Shown: positions 1 through 8,912, numbered from the stretch's first letter. The stretch is 19,806 nucleotides of DNA from a virus (IMGVR_UViG_2711768067_000013:1-19806); one strand, 5' to 3'. Made by a program: numbers and translations. The notes: a model not told the origin generated them from the letters alone.

Positions 1-411
1 ATGCCTGCCCCCGTCGTCCTGATCCTTGCGGCCGGGCGTGGAGAGCGCTTTCTCGCCTCCGGGGGAAATACCCATAAGTGTATCGGCTGGCGTCAGTCCC
101 CGGAGGTTGCGCCTTATCGCTGGCCATTTGAAGAAAACGGGAGAACTTTCGACCTTGCGATTGAACCGCAGATTACGACTAATGATCTGCGTCTGATGTT
201 GAGGCTGGCTCTTGCCGGCGGAGGAATAACAATTGCCACTCAGGAAACTTTCAGGCCATATATTGAAAGCGGTAAGCTTGTATCGCTGCTTGATGACTTT
301 CTTCCACAATTTCCGGGCTTCTATCTGTATTTCCCACAGCGTCGCAATATTGCACCAAAGCTCCGCGCCCTGATTGACTACGTCAAAGAATGGCGGCAGC
401 AATTGGTTTAA
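1..411 (+). CDS. LysR-family transcriptional regulator, C-terminal effector-binding region (5' part lies outside the window)
   Basis: ORF runs from the window edge to TAA at 409-411. The translation (…FDLAIEPQITTNDLRLMLRLALAGGGITIATQETFRPYIESGKLVSLLDDFLPQFPGFYLYFPQRRNIAPKLRALIDYVKEW) has the usual LysR C-terminal pattern. Call is from recalled family signature, not a search. Confidence 0.6.
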   Translation: MPAPVVLILAAGRGERFLASGGNTHKCIGWRQSPEVAPYRWPFEENGRTFDLAIEPQITTNDLRLMLRLALAGGGITIATQETFRPYIESGKLVSLLDDFLPQFPGFYLYFPQRRNIAPKLRALIDYVKEWRQQLV

Positions 412-527
412 ATAGCTGCACCTGCACTGCCTGATGACAGAACAGTATTTTGATGAATTGCCAAGGTTACAATGGCACAAATGCGGCACAGGAGGAAACG
501 TGGTGTATTTAAATATGGGGTAACTCT

Positions 528-556
528 TTGATTTTAATGGTGCCGATAATAGGAGT
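528..556. repeat. Left direct repeat / candidate att site: 19-nt tRNA-Thr 3'-end core (538-556, tggtgccgataataggagt) plus ~10 bp of similar flank (ttgattttaa)
   Basis: Identical 19-mer recurs at 13601-13619, where it continues as a tRNA fragment; the upstream flank ttgatttt..taa is also shared with 13588-13600. The integrase gene starts ~140 bp to the right. Confidence 0.6.
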
Positions 557-698
557 AAAACACTCGATTAATCTCGTGTTAATGCCATCACCTACGACCA
601 TTACTAATTGATTGAATCTTATAGAAAAATCATCATTTTCTATGCGTCACAATCAATTTTCACATTACAAACGCTCCGACACTTTAGCCGGAGATTTT

Positions 699-1976
699 AT
701 GAGATACAAGCCTAACCAATACTTAATCTGTGATTCTTACGGTAACTACTATTTAAGGATCACGCTGCCTGTGTATATGCAGCCCTTTTTTGAAGGAAAA
801 AGGACGTTTGTCAGAAGTCTGCACACAAGTAATCTTCGTGTTGCACGTAGAAAGCGTGATCAGATTGCAGATGAATACCATTGCTTACGGGAGAGTGTTG
901 CCCCTGTAAACAGCACAATAGAAAACACGCTGGAACTGTTACGCAGTAAGGCTAAATACGCCAAAACAGCTACCAGAATGCAAGATACAGCGTCTTCGTG
1001 TCCGTCATTGCTTAAAATTCTTGAAATCTACCTGACAATTAACAGCACGAAGAAGAAGCCAGCCACTTTAGCTAAGGCAAGAAAAGCGGTAGAGATGTTT
1101 CTCTCCTACCGTAAAAAGCCTGATATTGCATTGCAAGATGTAAGCCGCACCACTGTTACAGGCTGGATTGAACACATGCAAAAAACTCTTTCACAACAAT
1201 CAATTGCAAATTATATCAGCCCAATGGCCCAGCTATGGGAATTAGCTTCATCACGTTACCACGATGCGCCAGAAAGGGCGCTCTCCCCCTGGCGAGGGCA
1301 TAGGCTTGATGTGGCACAAAGTAGAGAGAGCTACGAGGCATTTTCTAACAAAGAGCTATTGCAGGTGTTGCAAGTATTTTCCGGTAATTCAGCAGAAAAC
1401 AAAGAAATGATGGCTTTGTGTCTTATCGGTTTATATACAGGTATGCGGATCAATGAGATAGCAAGTCTCACAATAGACGATGTGAAAGAGATCGAAGGTG
1501 TGCTGTGTTTTGAAATCACACAGGGAAAAACGAAAGCTGCGGCACGTCTTGTGCCTGTGCATAGCCTTATCACTCCGTTGGTGTTGTCGCTGCGTGAAAA
1601 GCCTCACAATGGCTTTTTGTTCTATCACGCCAGCATTACAGAGCGTGCTGATGGTAAACGTTCCACGTGGCATACACAACGATTTACAAGAGCTAAACGA
1701 AAGGCTTTAGGGGAAAAGGGAACAGAAAGGAAAGTGTTTCATTCTCTGAGACACGGAGTAGCACAGCTTCTTGATCGAAATCAAATTCCAGAAGACAGGA
1801 TCGCCCTTCTCCTGGGCCATACACGCGGCAATACAGAAACATTCCGCACATATAGCAAAAATGCAGCTTCTCCAATAGAGCTTAAAAAATATATTGAGCT
1901 TTTACGCTACCCTGAAATAGAGAAAGGCTTATCAATCAATAAAAAATCAAATTTAAGGCGTAAAACAACGCTATAG
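699..1976 (+). CDS. int: Tyrosine-type site-specific integrase (phage/genomic-island type)
   Basis: ORF 612-1976 begins at TTG; the ATG at 699 follows a GGAG (688-691), and another in-frame ATG lies at 642. Catalytic-domain signatures are present: GMRINEI (Arg), HSLRHGVAQLL (His-x-x-Arg), LLGH, and TFRTYSK (Tyr). It sits beside the tRNA-derived repeat. Confidence 0.85.
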   Translation: MRYKPNQYLICDSYGNYYLRITLPVYMQPFFEGKRTFVRSLHTSNLRVARRKRDQIADEYHCLRESVAPVNSTIENTLELLRSKAKYAKTATRMQDTASSCPSLLKILEIYLTINSTKKKPATLAKARKAVEMFLSYRKKPDIALQDVSRTTVTGWIEHMQKTLSQQSIANYISPMAQLWELASSRYHDAPERALSPWRGHRLDVAQSRESYEAFSNKELLQVLQVFSGNSAENKEMMALCLIGLYTGMRINEIASLTIDDVKEIEGVLCFEITQGKTKAAARLVPVHSLITPLVLSLREKPHNGFLFYHASITERADGKRSTWHTQRFTRAKRKALGEKGTERKVFHSLRHGVAQLLDRNQIPEDRIALLLGHTRGNTETFRTYSKNAASPIELKKYIELLRYPEIEKGLSINKKSNLRRKTTL

Positions 1977-1984
1977 ATGTAATA

Positions 1985-2018
1985 AAGAGGCTTCAATATA
2001 GACTGATGCCTCTTTTAT
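1985..2018. terminator. Bidirectional rho-independent terminator between the convergent int gene and the 225-aa gene
   Basis: Stem agaggc (1986-1991) pairs with gcctct (2008-2013) around a 16-nt loop, followed by TTTTAT on the plus strand and an A/T-rich tract on the minus strand. Confidence 0.45.
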
Positions 2019-2056
2019 GATTATCTCGTTACAGAGCGTTTCATAGGCGTTTAAGG

Positions 2057-2734
2057 CTATTGTTTAAATACTGGCGTTACAACGTCTTGCCCTGGGCTTT
2101 TTTGATTTTTCTGTTCTGTTGTATTTACCTGCATTTTAACCTGTCCCCCTACAGATTTATTTGGTGCTGTTTTTACCGCAATTGCGCTTGTAGTTGCTTT
2201 AGAGACAAGACGGATTTGCTCAAAATCAAGAGTAAACAATAGGCTTTCGCTTGCTTCTTCTTCATAAGACATGCCAACTAACACAACGTTGTCATAATTT
2301 TTTAACTCAGTGACAAGTAGGAAAGGTTGGCGACTGTCCATCAACTGATTTAGGTATTCAAGCATAAGCATACGTCTATTGCCGTTAATTCCCGCATTCT
2401 TAATCATATCGGGATTGAGCTTCAATACGGTTTCAGAGATACGCCCCTGTAATGTGAACTTGTTATTCCGTATTTGAACATGATCACTAACTTCTGATCC
2501 TGATTCGACAGCATAGCTTGTAACGTCTGCATTTCTGCTAATTTTCGTCGATTCCACGCTATCAAATGATAATGCCTGGTAGTCATTGTAAGCAGCATTT
2601 GCACCACTGCCGAGGTTAGAGGCAATGATCGCAAAGCCGTTACCCCCTTTAGTTGTTCTACCGTTGCTATCGTTGCTTGTGCTGTTGATTTTCGCCTCAG
2701 TCGGGCGACCAATGGTTAACGGACCCATTGCCAT
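2057..2734 (-). CDS. Hypothetical protein (225 aa), last gene of the structural-like block
   Basis: ATG at 2734 with AAGGA about 9 nt upstream; 48 bp after the stop of the 613-aa gene. No recognisable catalytic motif. Confidence refers to coding status, not function. Confidence 0.5.
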   Translation of the reverse strand: MAMGPLTIGRPTEAKINSTSNDSNGRTTKGGNGFAIIASNLGSGANAAYNDYQALSFDSVESTKISRNADVTSYAVESGSEVSDHVQIRNNKFTLQGRISETVLKLNPDMIKNAGINGNRRMLMLEYLNQLMDSRQPFLLVTELKNYDNVVLVGMSYEEEASESLLFTLDFEQIRLVSKATTSAIAVKTAPNKSVGGQVKMQVNTTEQKNQKSPGQDVVTPVFKQ

Positions 2735-2781
2735 AATTTGTAATCCTTATTTAAGGGGGCTAAACAGCCCCACAGTGATGA

Positions 2782-4623
2782 TTAATAGGTTGACCCGCCT
2801 GACATAACACCCAGCGTTAATAGCTTGCTAAACTCAGCGGAGGATGCCTTTGATTTGAAGTCGATAAATTCGCTCAATCGTCCGGTGTCTGATTCGATAG
2901 TTAGCGGCACTTCTGCATTTACTTGTAATTCTGGATTGAAGTTAATAACAGGTGCAAAGGTGTAAGAAGGAGCCTTGAAAGCTTGTTGTGCTGCACTCTG
3001 TTTCAGATTTGCAATGTTTTGTCCTTCGAGACTGTATTGATTTACAGCCTGCGCCCCACCTACCGTTTCTTCTGGCATAAACCAGCTTTTAATAGTGTTA
3101 ACCAGGGAATTGCTGTTATCTGGCTTAATTGTTCCGGTGCCAGCGCCTTTATATTGATCAGGAGTGAGATTAGAAAGATTCTGCTTCATTCCTTCGTTAG
3201 ATAGTGGCGGTGCATCCCCTAAATTCTTCTGAATAGCTTCCGTCTTCTCGTCGTTTTTCATCAGCCAGTTGATTGTTTTCATTACGGCGTTAACCAATCC
3301 GCCGATAGCCTCGCCTAATTTGGTAAACATTGGCAGCATTGCAACCATGCTCTTTTTAAACTCTTCAATCACTTTCGGATCAAGAGATTTCATAAAGCCA
3401 TCAACAAAGGCGATCCCTTGTGAGTCAGAAAGCCCACTAAGTGCATTATTCAGTTCACGGAATTTAATAACGCTTTCCTGTTGTGCCTGCGTTACCCAGC
3501 GCCCTGATTCTCGTTGTTCTCGTGCTGATTGTTCCACTTCTTTAGCGGAGCGTGTCCAGTATTTAGAGGTGAGCATCAAATCATCAGCCAGATCTTCCAG
3601 ACGACTACCGATTTGTGCATCTGAATAGCCTTTAGCTACCATTCCCTGAACTGCTTTACTAACCAGACCAGCCGGATTATCAGCAAAGTCTTTTAGATCC
3701 TTTTTAGTTAGGAATCCTTCATTCATTAAAGTATTGATGCCGCTATCGCCGCCCTTCCATTCTCCTTTACCAGTTTTCTTATCAACTACATATTCAGCTT
3801 CATCATAAGATTTGGTTGCACGTTCACGCACATCTTTCATCTGATCGAGATACTTACGTTTACCTTGTTCGCCCATCATTGAATCAACGCCGTTTTTATA
3901 CGCCCATTGCTCAATATTGTTCATCTGGTTAACGTCTACACCGCCCAGCTTGGCACGGCTATACAATTCACCCAGCGTTTCAGCATTCGCAAAGCTGTTA
4001 GTAACAAATTCAGAGGCTTTGCTCATAGCCATATATGCAGCGCCAGCGCCTAAGCCGCCCAGCATAACAGCCGCAGCACCGCCGCCAATACTCCCGCTAC
4101 CCTTAACAGGTGCATAGGCTTTAGCGTGAGCGTTACGATTGCCATTAATCTTACGTTGTTGCTGTTGTAGGCGTTTCATTTGGCTATTCATACGTGCCAG
4201 ACTAATAGCGCCTCTTTCATATTGGAGGGCAATTTCTCTAGCCTGTGCAATAGCTTTATATTGTTCCGCTACAGAAAGACGGTGCAATGCGCTAATGCTT
4301 GCTCCAACGTCTAAAAGCTTTAATTCAGCCTTCTCTTTCCGTGCTGCCAGGGCTTTTTGTTCTCTTGCAACTACACGTTGAGCGGCTAATTGTGCTTTAG
4401 CATTGGCTTTATCTGCCTGTGCTTGCTTTTTAGCAATATCGTCTACGTCTTTTTTTGCTTTAGCGGTTGATTGTTTATGTGTCTTAACACGCAATTCTAT
4501 ATCTTTCACCGCCGCCATTTGTTTACGAAGTTTTTCTACTTCTGCTTTTGCTTTCTCTAATGATGGTCGGTTAACTTCGAAGGTGACAACGTTCGAGAGG
4601 CGTGCCACGTTTAGCTCTAACAT
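2782..4623 (-). CDS. 613-aa protein with an N-terminal K/A/E/Q-rich coiled-coil region (~160 aa) and a Gly/Ala-rich hydrophobic segment (GSGSIGGGAAAVMLGGLGAGAAYMAM); tape-measure-like architecture, function unproven
   Basis: Long ORF with ATG at 4623 and AGGGA upstream. The composition resembles phage tape-measure or internal virion proteins, but this is an architectural impression only. Confidence 0.6.
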   Translation of the reverse strand: MLELNVARLSNVVTFEVNRPSLEKAKAEVEKLRKQMAAVKDIELRVKTHKQSTAKAKKDVDDIAKKQAQADKANAKAQLAAQRVVAREQKALAARKEKAELKLLDVGASISALHRLSVAEQYKAIAQAREIALQYERGAISLARMNSQMKRLQQQQRKINGNRNAHAKAYAPVKGSGSIGGGAAAVMLGGLGAGAAYMAMSKASEFVTNSFANAETLGELYSRAKLGGVDVNQMNNIEQWAYKNGVDSMMGEQGKRKYLDQMKDVRERATKSYDEAEYVVDKKTGKGEWKGGDSGINTLMNEGFLTKKDLKDFADNPAGLVSKAVQGMVAKGYSDAQIGSRLEDLADDLMLTSKYWTRSAKEVEQSAREQRESGRWVTQAQQESVIKFRELNNALSGLSDSQGIAFVDGFMKSLDPKVIEEFKKSMVAMLPMFTKLGEAIGGLVNAVMKTINWLMKNDEKTEAIQKNLGDAPPLSNEGMKQNLSNLTPDQYKGAGTGTIKPDNSNSLVNTIKSWFMPEETVGGAQAVNQYSLEGQNIANLKQSAAQQAFKAPSYTFAPVINFNPELQVNAEVPLTIESDTGRLSEFIDFKSKASSAEFSKLLTLGVMSGGSTY

Positions 4624-4657
4624 GTTAATTGTTTCCCTGTATTATGATTGTTGTTTG

Positions 4658-4855
4658 TTATTGTTTTTTAGAACAGTAGTATGTAATTGCTTCAAAAGTG
4701 CTGCATCCAGTCTGAAACACACGCTGCCGCACATTATTTGCATCAATTTCTAAAAGGCGGCAAAGCGCCGATGTGTTTATAACTGATTCCTCGCTAATAG
4801 CTGCCAGTTCTTTTACAGATTTAAGAATTAATGCCTGTGAATTTTCTGTATTCAT
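4658..4855 (-). CDS. Hypothetical small protein (65 aa)
   Basis: ATG at 4855 with a purine-rich stretch upstream; lies between the 343-aa and 613-aa genes on the same strand. Confidence 0.4.
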   Translation of the reverse strand: MNTENSQALILKSVKELAAISEESVINTSALCRLLEIDANNVRQRVFQTGCSTFEAITYYCSKKQ

Positions 4856-5018
4856 TGGTTTTCTCTCACATATATATTTTTATTTGGTTTTGTAGACAGT
4901 AGAAAAACAAAAAGGGCAAAGAGATTCGTTACTGTATTTGCGCCTACAGGTTAGTTAATCCCTTTACCCTTAGCCCCGATTATTTTCAGACGATGGGGAA
5001 TCGTCTATTAACGCTTTA

Positions 5019-6050
5019 TTACGCAGCAGATCCGAAGATGATAGCTTGCGGAATGTTGTTTACTGGCAGATAAGATGTCTCAGTAACCACAGATGGGAAT
5101 TGGAATTCATCCTTGATTAGATATTGGTGATGTAACACGGCATCTTGACCTAACTCAGCATGACGCACACCAACGCCGCTATGAAGCTGGTAACACTGTG
5201 CCGCTTTATCCATTACCGGAACAATTGCGAAACCGTTCTCTCCGATGTGAGCAACAATCTCAGGAAACATTGACACATCAATAGCAGTGATCCCGCCAAT
5301 CTGGAAAGAGTCATAGGCTGGGTTAGAATCAACCATACGGGTAAACAGGGCCGTAGCACTCGCATCACCTGCATATTTCACCATGTCACTGATCAGCGGG
5401 TTAGATGACAAACCATCAGCAGCAGCGCCAGCAGCAAAGATAATTACACCAGTTCGCTTTGCAGCAAGAGCAGACCCCAGCTTTTCACTCTGTAAGCGCA
5501 CCGCTTTACGAATAGCAAGGAACGGGTTAACAGTAGTCGATGCAAAGTCGATAGCGGGTACCGTGGTTTTAGCCTGACCGTCGAGGAAGTCGAGATCACC
5601 TTGTCCGGCATATTCAGATTCAACTTTCAGTCCCAGCAGCGCGGTAATCAGATCCACTTCAACACGGTTTGCGTGTGAACGGTAATGAGCCTCAGAGAAA
5701 TCATTAACCGCTACCAGCATAGCATCAGAACGGTTTGGATATTGGCGGCTGTATTGTTCCAGGTCACGAGAAGTAACAGCGTTAATACTGCCGACGTGTT
5801 TCATCTGGAAAAGTTTGTTTGACCATTCCTGACGTTTAGAGGCGTTCCAGTCGCTTTGAGCGTAAGGCGAGGTTTCCCCAGCTACCTGCACAAACTGATC
5901 AATCAGGTCGGTAAGAAGAATGCTGTTTTCTGTATGATATTGCACATCGAACAGATCGAGATTAGTAATCAGGGTATTAAGTGCATTCTCATAAGCAAAT
6001 GGAGTTACTACCGCAGTATTAACACCAAAATATGTTGATAAATCATTCAT
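5019..6050 (-). CDS. 343-aa hypothetical protein, candidate major virion structural protein (capsid- or tail-tube-like); function not established
   Basis: ATG at 6050 with AAGGAAAA 8 nt upstream, and only 14 bp after the upstream 127-aa gene. A stem-loop follows the stop (4988-5006). No enzymatic motifs; the call rests on size and gene context. Confidence 0.6.
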   Translation of the reverse strand: MNDLSTYFGVNTAVVTPFAYENALNTLITNLDLFDVQYHTENSILLTDLIDQFVQVAGETSPYAQSDWNASKRQEWSNKLFQMKHVGSINAVTSRDLEQYSRQYPNRSDAMLVAVNDFSEAHYRSHANRVEVDLITALLGLKVESEYAGQGDLDFLDGQAKTTVPAIDFASTTVNPFLAIRKAVRLQSEKLGSALAAKRTGVIIFAAGAAADGLSSNPLISDMVKYAGDASATALFTRMVDSNPAYDSFQIGGITAIDVSMFPEIVAHIGENGFAIVPVMDKAAQCYQLHSGVGVRHAELGQDAVLHHQYLIKDEFQFPSVVTETSYLPVNNIPQAIIFGSAA

Positions 6051-6064
6051 TATTATTTTCCTTG

Positions 6065-6448
6065 TTAAGTCGTAGGGATCGCAAGTTCTTCATAACCAGC
6101 AATTACAAAGCCGAGAGATTGCAGTTTTGCAATAACACTTGCCTTTTCCATGCTGTTAAATTCAATCCCATCTTCAGCCAGAATAACGAAAGTAGGATGT
6201 GCAACCACTACGCTTTCCTGTCCTTCATAAGCCGGTTCAACTACTACGTGAGCAATATCAGATGCGGTTGTTGCTTTGGTGCCATCGGCTTTCAGCAAAG
6301 CCCCGACAATAAGATCGTCAGTGAGAGGTGAAGCCAGTTTGACGAGGCGATCTTGCAGCACTGGATCAGCAGCGTAAGCTACTACCTTACAGCGTGAACG
6401 GGAGTTATCCGCATTCACTGCTTTTAATTTTCCATATGGGTTAGCCAT
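6065..6448 (-). CDS. 127-aa hypothetical protein, possibly a head-decoration or tail-terminator-like partner of the 343-aa protein
   Basis: ATG at 6448 with AAAGGAAAA upstream, an RBS context almost identical to that of the 343-aa gene; 4-bp gap from the upstream 65-aa gene. Confidence 0.55.
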   Translation of the reverse strand: MANPYGKLKAVNADNSRSRCKVVAYAADPVLQDRLVKLASPLTDDLIVGALLKADGTKATTASDIAHVVVEPAYEGQESVVVAHPTFVILAEDGIEFNSMEKASVIAKLQSLGFVIAGYEELAIPTT

Positions 6449-6452
6449 AAGA

Positions 6453-6650
6453 TTATTTTCCTTTCAGTTGTTTAATTTTAGATTTAAGGGCATCAGCAAG
6501 ACTAACCGCATCAGCCGATTTAAATAATTGAGCAGTGGTAGAACGAAGACTTTCGGGAGTAACTCCCAACAGTGCGGCAACCTTAATGAGGTTTTCATCA
6601 CTAACAATCATCGTTTCCCCGTCTTTGCTGATAATCATTTCTTGTTTCAT
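6453..6650 (-). CDS. Hypothetical small protein (65 aa from the ATG at 6650; the track ORF extends to a TTG at 6692)
   Basis: ATG at 6650-6648 with AGGAA 9 nt upstream; first gene after the terminator-like hairpin at 6682-6731. Confidence 0.45.
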   Translation of the reverse strand: MKQEMIISKDGETMIVSDENLIKVAALLGVTPESLRSTTAQLFKSADAVSLADALKSKIKQLKGK

Positions 6651-6681
6651 AAATAACGTTCCTGTTAGTGCCAGACAAATA

Positions 6682-6731
6682 AAAAGCCCCAATGCCGTAA
6701 GAGGTTAATTCTGACCAGCAAAGGGGCTTTA
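6682..6731 (-). terminator. Terminator-like hairpin immediately upstream of the structural-like block (minus-strand sense)
   Basis: AAAGCCCC and GGGGCTTT arms (6682-6690 and 6724-6731) around a ~33-nt loop, followed on the minus strand by TTTTTATTT. The large loop makes this a weak call. Confidence 0.3.
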
Positions 6732-7326
6732 ACGTGCGGGCAATTACATAATTGATAAGTTAAACTATAAGAGGATTAAACATATCAGCAAATACACTTT
6801 TTAAATATACTTGATGATATGCTTAAAGGGTGAATAGATACTCCTGAAAACATGCTCTTAGGAAAACATGCGGAATCAATCAGGAATATCTATTCGGGGC
6901 GCGGTGGCCAACCGCTATCTTTCATGGTGTGGATGCACCAGTCAGATTTTAAGGAATCACTATTCCAATCTACTCACAGATTAAATTTTTAATAATGATT
7001 AACTACACCAACAGTAATCTACCGTTTCAGAAAATCGTTTTTACAACCAAAGCTTATAGATCCGCATTCTATAAAACCCGTTTTGCTATCAATATTTCCA
7101 AAGGTTATTGCACAATTCTTAGCTAAACTCTCTACTTGCGGCTAACGCTACGCAGATGATAGTTTTTTGACAACAACTTAATAGATTATTCTGTTACTAA
7201 CTTCTGTCATTAAATAAGAGTTTAATGATGTTAGTAAATAGTTATAAAATATAACTATCAGTGTAAGGCTCTTTAATGTTTTCGGACAAAATAAGGAGCT
7301 TTAGGATAAGCATAGATGAAAATAAG

Positions 7327-7364
7327 AGCGGGAAGGGCAAGGAGATAACACCTACCCGCTTTTA
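7327..7364. terminator. Bidirectional terminator-like hairpin in the 930-bp spacer
   Basis: agcgggaagg (7327-7336) pairs with cctacccgct (7351-7360) with one mismatch; T-tracts follow on both strands (TTTTAT plus; CTTATTTTC minus). It lies ~270 bp downstream of the 102-aa gene in minus sense. Confidence 0.4.
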
Positions 7365-7633
7365 TCAAAATTAAGCACAATGCCTAACAACATTCATCAA
7401 CACAACGTAGAAACAATCAACAATCAAAGAGGGAGTTATGATTATTCTAAAACTTCTTGAGGGGATGGAAGGTAATATTTGTTAGAGGTTAATGCCACTC
7501 AACCCTTGAGGCTATCACCTTCCATATGCAGGGATTTATGACAGTAGAAGGATTAACACCAGTCAAAACCTTTTTATCTACCCCTAATATCATTATATAA
7601 TGAAATTGTTATAAATGCAAATGATTTTCATTA

Positions 7634-7942
7634 TCACTTAGAAGAAATAGCACTTTTTGCTAAATCATCTACTAATTGCTGAATCTCTTCACTTGCAGCC
7701 TTTAACGTGCTGGCGCTGCTGCTGATGGTTTGAGTGCACAGCCTGGCATCGTCCTCTGATAGCTCTAAATCGCTCACCAGAGAGATAAAATCGTCAAGGC
7801 TTACATTCACCTTCATTAAGCTAATAACGCATTGAGAGAGCGTGTAATCGCATAAATCTGAATAGGCTTGATTTATTCTTGTTTGTAGTGAGATAGTCAG
7901 ATCTAAAAGTTGTTCCATTGCATTGCTAATATCTTCTTCCAT
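7634..7942 (-). CDS. Hypothetical acidic protein (102 aa)
   Basis: ATG at 7942 overlaps the stop of the upstream 67-aa gene (TAATG), suggesting translational coupling. Confidence 0.5.
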   Translation of the reverse strand: MEEDISNAMEQLLDLTISLQTRINQAYSDLCDYTLSQCVISLMKVNVSLDDFISLVSDLELSEDDARLCTQTISSSASTLKAASEEIQQLVDDLAKSAISSK

Positions 7943-8145
7943 TATGCGGCTTCTCCTTGTAATGCATCATTAATCATATTCAATACGATGTTAAAAGGTG
8001 TCTTGAGCGTCAGCACTTCATCACGATAACGCTCTAATGCTTCGTAGTCTTCTGTTTCTTTTGCCAGTCGGATTAACTCAGCATAGTTTTTTGCATCAGA
8101 CAGGATCATCTGAAATAATTGTGTTTCCTGTATATGGTCGATCAT
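7942..8145 (-). CDS. Hypothetical protein (67 aa)
   Basis: ATG at 8145 with AAGGAA 6 nt upstream. Confidence 0.5.
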   Translation of the reverse strand: MIDHIQETQLFQMILSDAKNYAELIRLAKETEDYEALERYRDEVLTLKTPFNIVLNMINDALQGEAA

Positions 8146-8162
8146 TGTTGTTCCTTTTATTT

Positions 8163-8549
8163 TTAGTTTGAACGTTTGTTAGATGCGAGAGTGTCGATCA
8201 GGTGCTGCATCAGATCTGTTTCTGTAACGCCGCCTACCTGATTGTTGAAACTATTAAAACCGATATAGTGCCTGTAGCTGGTAAAATTTAACAGCTGCCA
8301 TTTCTTTAATGTGCCAGGTTCTATAATCGTTGTCTTTCTTGTTCTGGGTTTGAAATACACACCATCACCCATTGATTGAATAATTTCTAATTCTTCGTTT
8401 GTAAGTGGTGGGCTGTTAGATTCTAAAATGAAGATTATCTCTTCCCCTGGAATTTCGTTATTGGTGTGTGTCGGTGGACGTTGTCTTGTTGAATTGAAGT
8501 TACTGTTTTTTTCAATACGTTTTAAGTTGTTCTTTTTCTTTCTTCCCAT
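8163..8549 (-). CDS. Hypothetical protein (128 aa), basic N-terminus
   Basis: ATG at 8549 with AGAGGGA upstream. Confidence 0.5.
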   Translation of the reverse strand: MGRKKKNNLKRIEKNSNFNSTRQRPPTHTNNEIPGEEIIFILESNSPPLTNEELEIIQSMGDGVYFKPRTRKTTIIEPGTLKKWQLLNFTSYRHYIGFNSFNNQVGGVTETDLMQHLIDTLASNKRSN

Positions 8550-8645
8550 TTTCCCTCTTTTTATGTGGATTATAAAAACTGAATGCCATAGTTACGATGA
8601 ATATCGCCATAAATGCATTTGCCATATGTATTGCCCGATCTGTTG

Positions 8646-8903
8646 TTATTGATTGTTTGTGATAAACAATTCAAAATCTTTGTTTAATTTCAAAAGACGA
8701 AATGTAGTGTGGTTAATCCCTTCATAATCCAGCACACCGAACGATGTAAAATGATTTACGTGTTGTGCGCTGTAGCCGCCTAAACTACAAAAGCTAACCA
8801 CTGTCGGTGGTGAAAACTCTATTTCCAAAATAGCTTTTAAAATGTTGTATCCGCTTTCAGTTATTTCAATAGTTTTGTTTCCTATAGTGATGTTATAAGT
8901 CAT
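8646..8903 (-). CDS. Hypothetical protein (85 aa)
   Basis: ATG at 8903 with AAGGAG 6 nt upstream. Confidence 0.5.
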   Translation of the reverse strand: MTYNITIGNKTIEITESGYNILKAILEIEFSPPTVVSFCSLGGYSAQHVNHFTSFGVLDYEGINHTTFRLLKLNKDFELFITNNQ

Positions 8904-8912
8904 TTATTCTCC

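Noticed and set aside
549-624. Possibility that an intact tRNA gene lies at the left repeat
   Set aside because: Only 19 nt match the tRNA 3' end; the following sequence (aaaacactcgattaatc…) cannot form the T-arm or anticodon arm.
1331-1875. Track ORFs 1331-1573(-), 1431-1679(-), 1498-1710(+), 1693-1875(-) inside the integrase gene
   Set aside because: All lie within or antisense to the well-supported integrase reading frame, lack convincing start signals and have junk-like, Cys/Arg-rich translations.
2060-2807. Track ORFs 2060-2242(+), 2422-2712(-), 2625-2807(+)
   Set aside because: They overlap the 225-aa gene in other frames or on the other strand, with no RBS and low-complexity translations; treated as shadow ORFs.
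2983-4753. Plus-strand track ORFs 2983-3204, 3269-3628, 3917-4117, 4139-4381, 4403-4753
   Set aside because: Antisense to the 613-aa gene; their alanine/cysteine-rich translations are typical antisense artefacts of a coiled-coil coding region.
5383-6331. Plus-strand track ORFs 5383-5577, 5856-6038, 6032-6331
   Set aside because: Antisense to the 343-aa and 127-aa genes, with no start signals.
7316-7482. Tiny plus-strand ORFs in the spacer (10 codons from 7316; 15 codons from 7438 with an AGAGGGAG Shine-Dalgarno)
   Set aside because: Too short to support without expression data; the first overlaps the hairpin I interpret as a terminator. Kept only as a possible leader-peptide idea.
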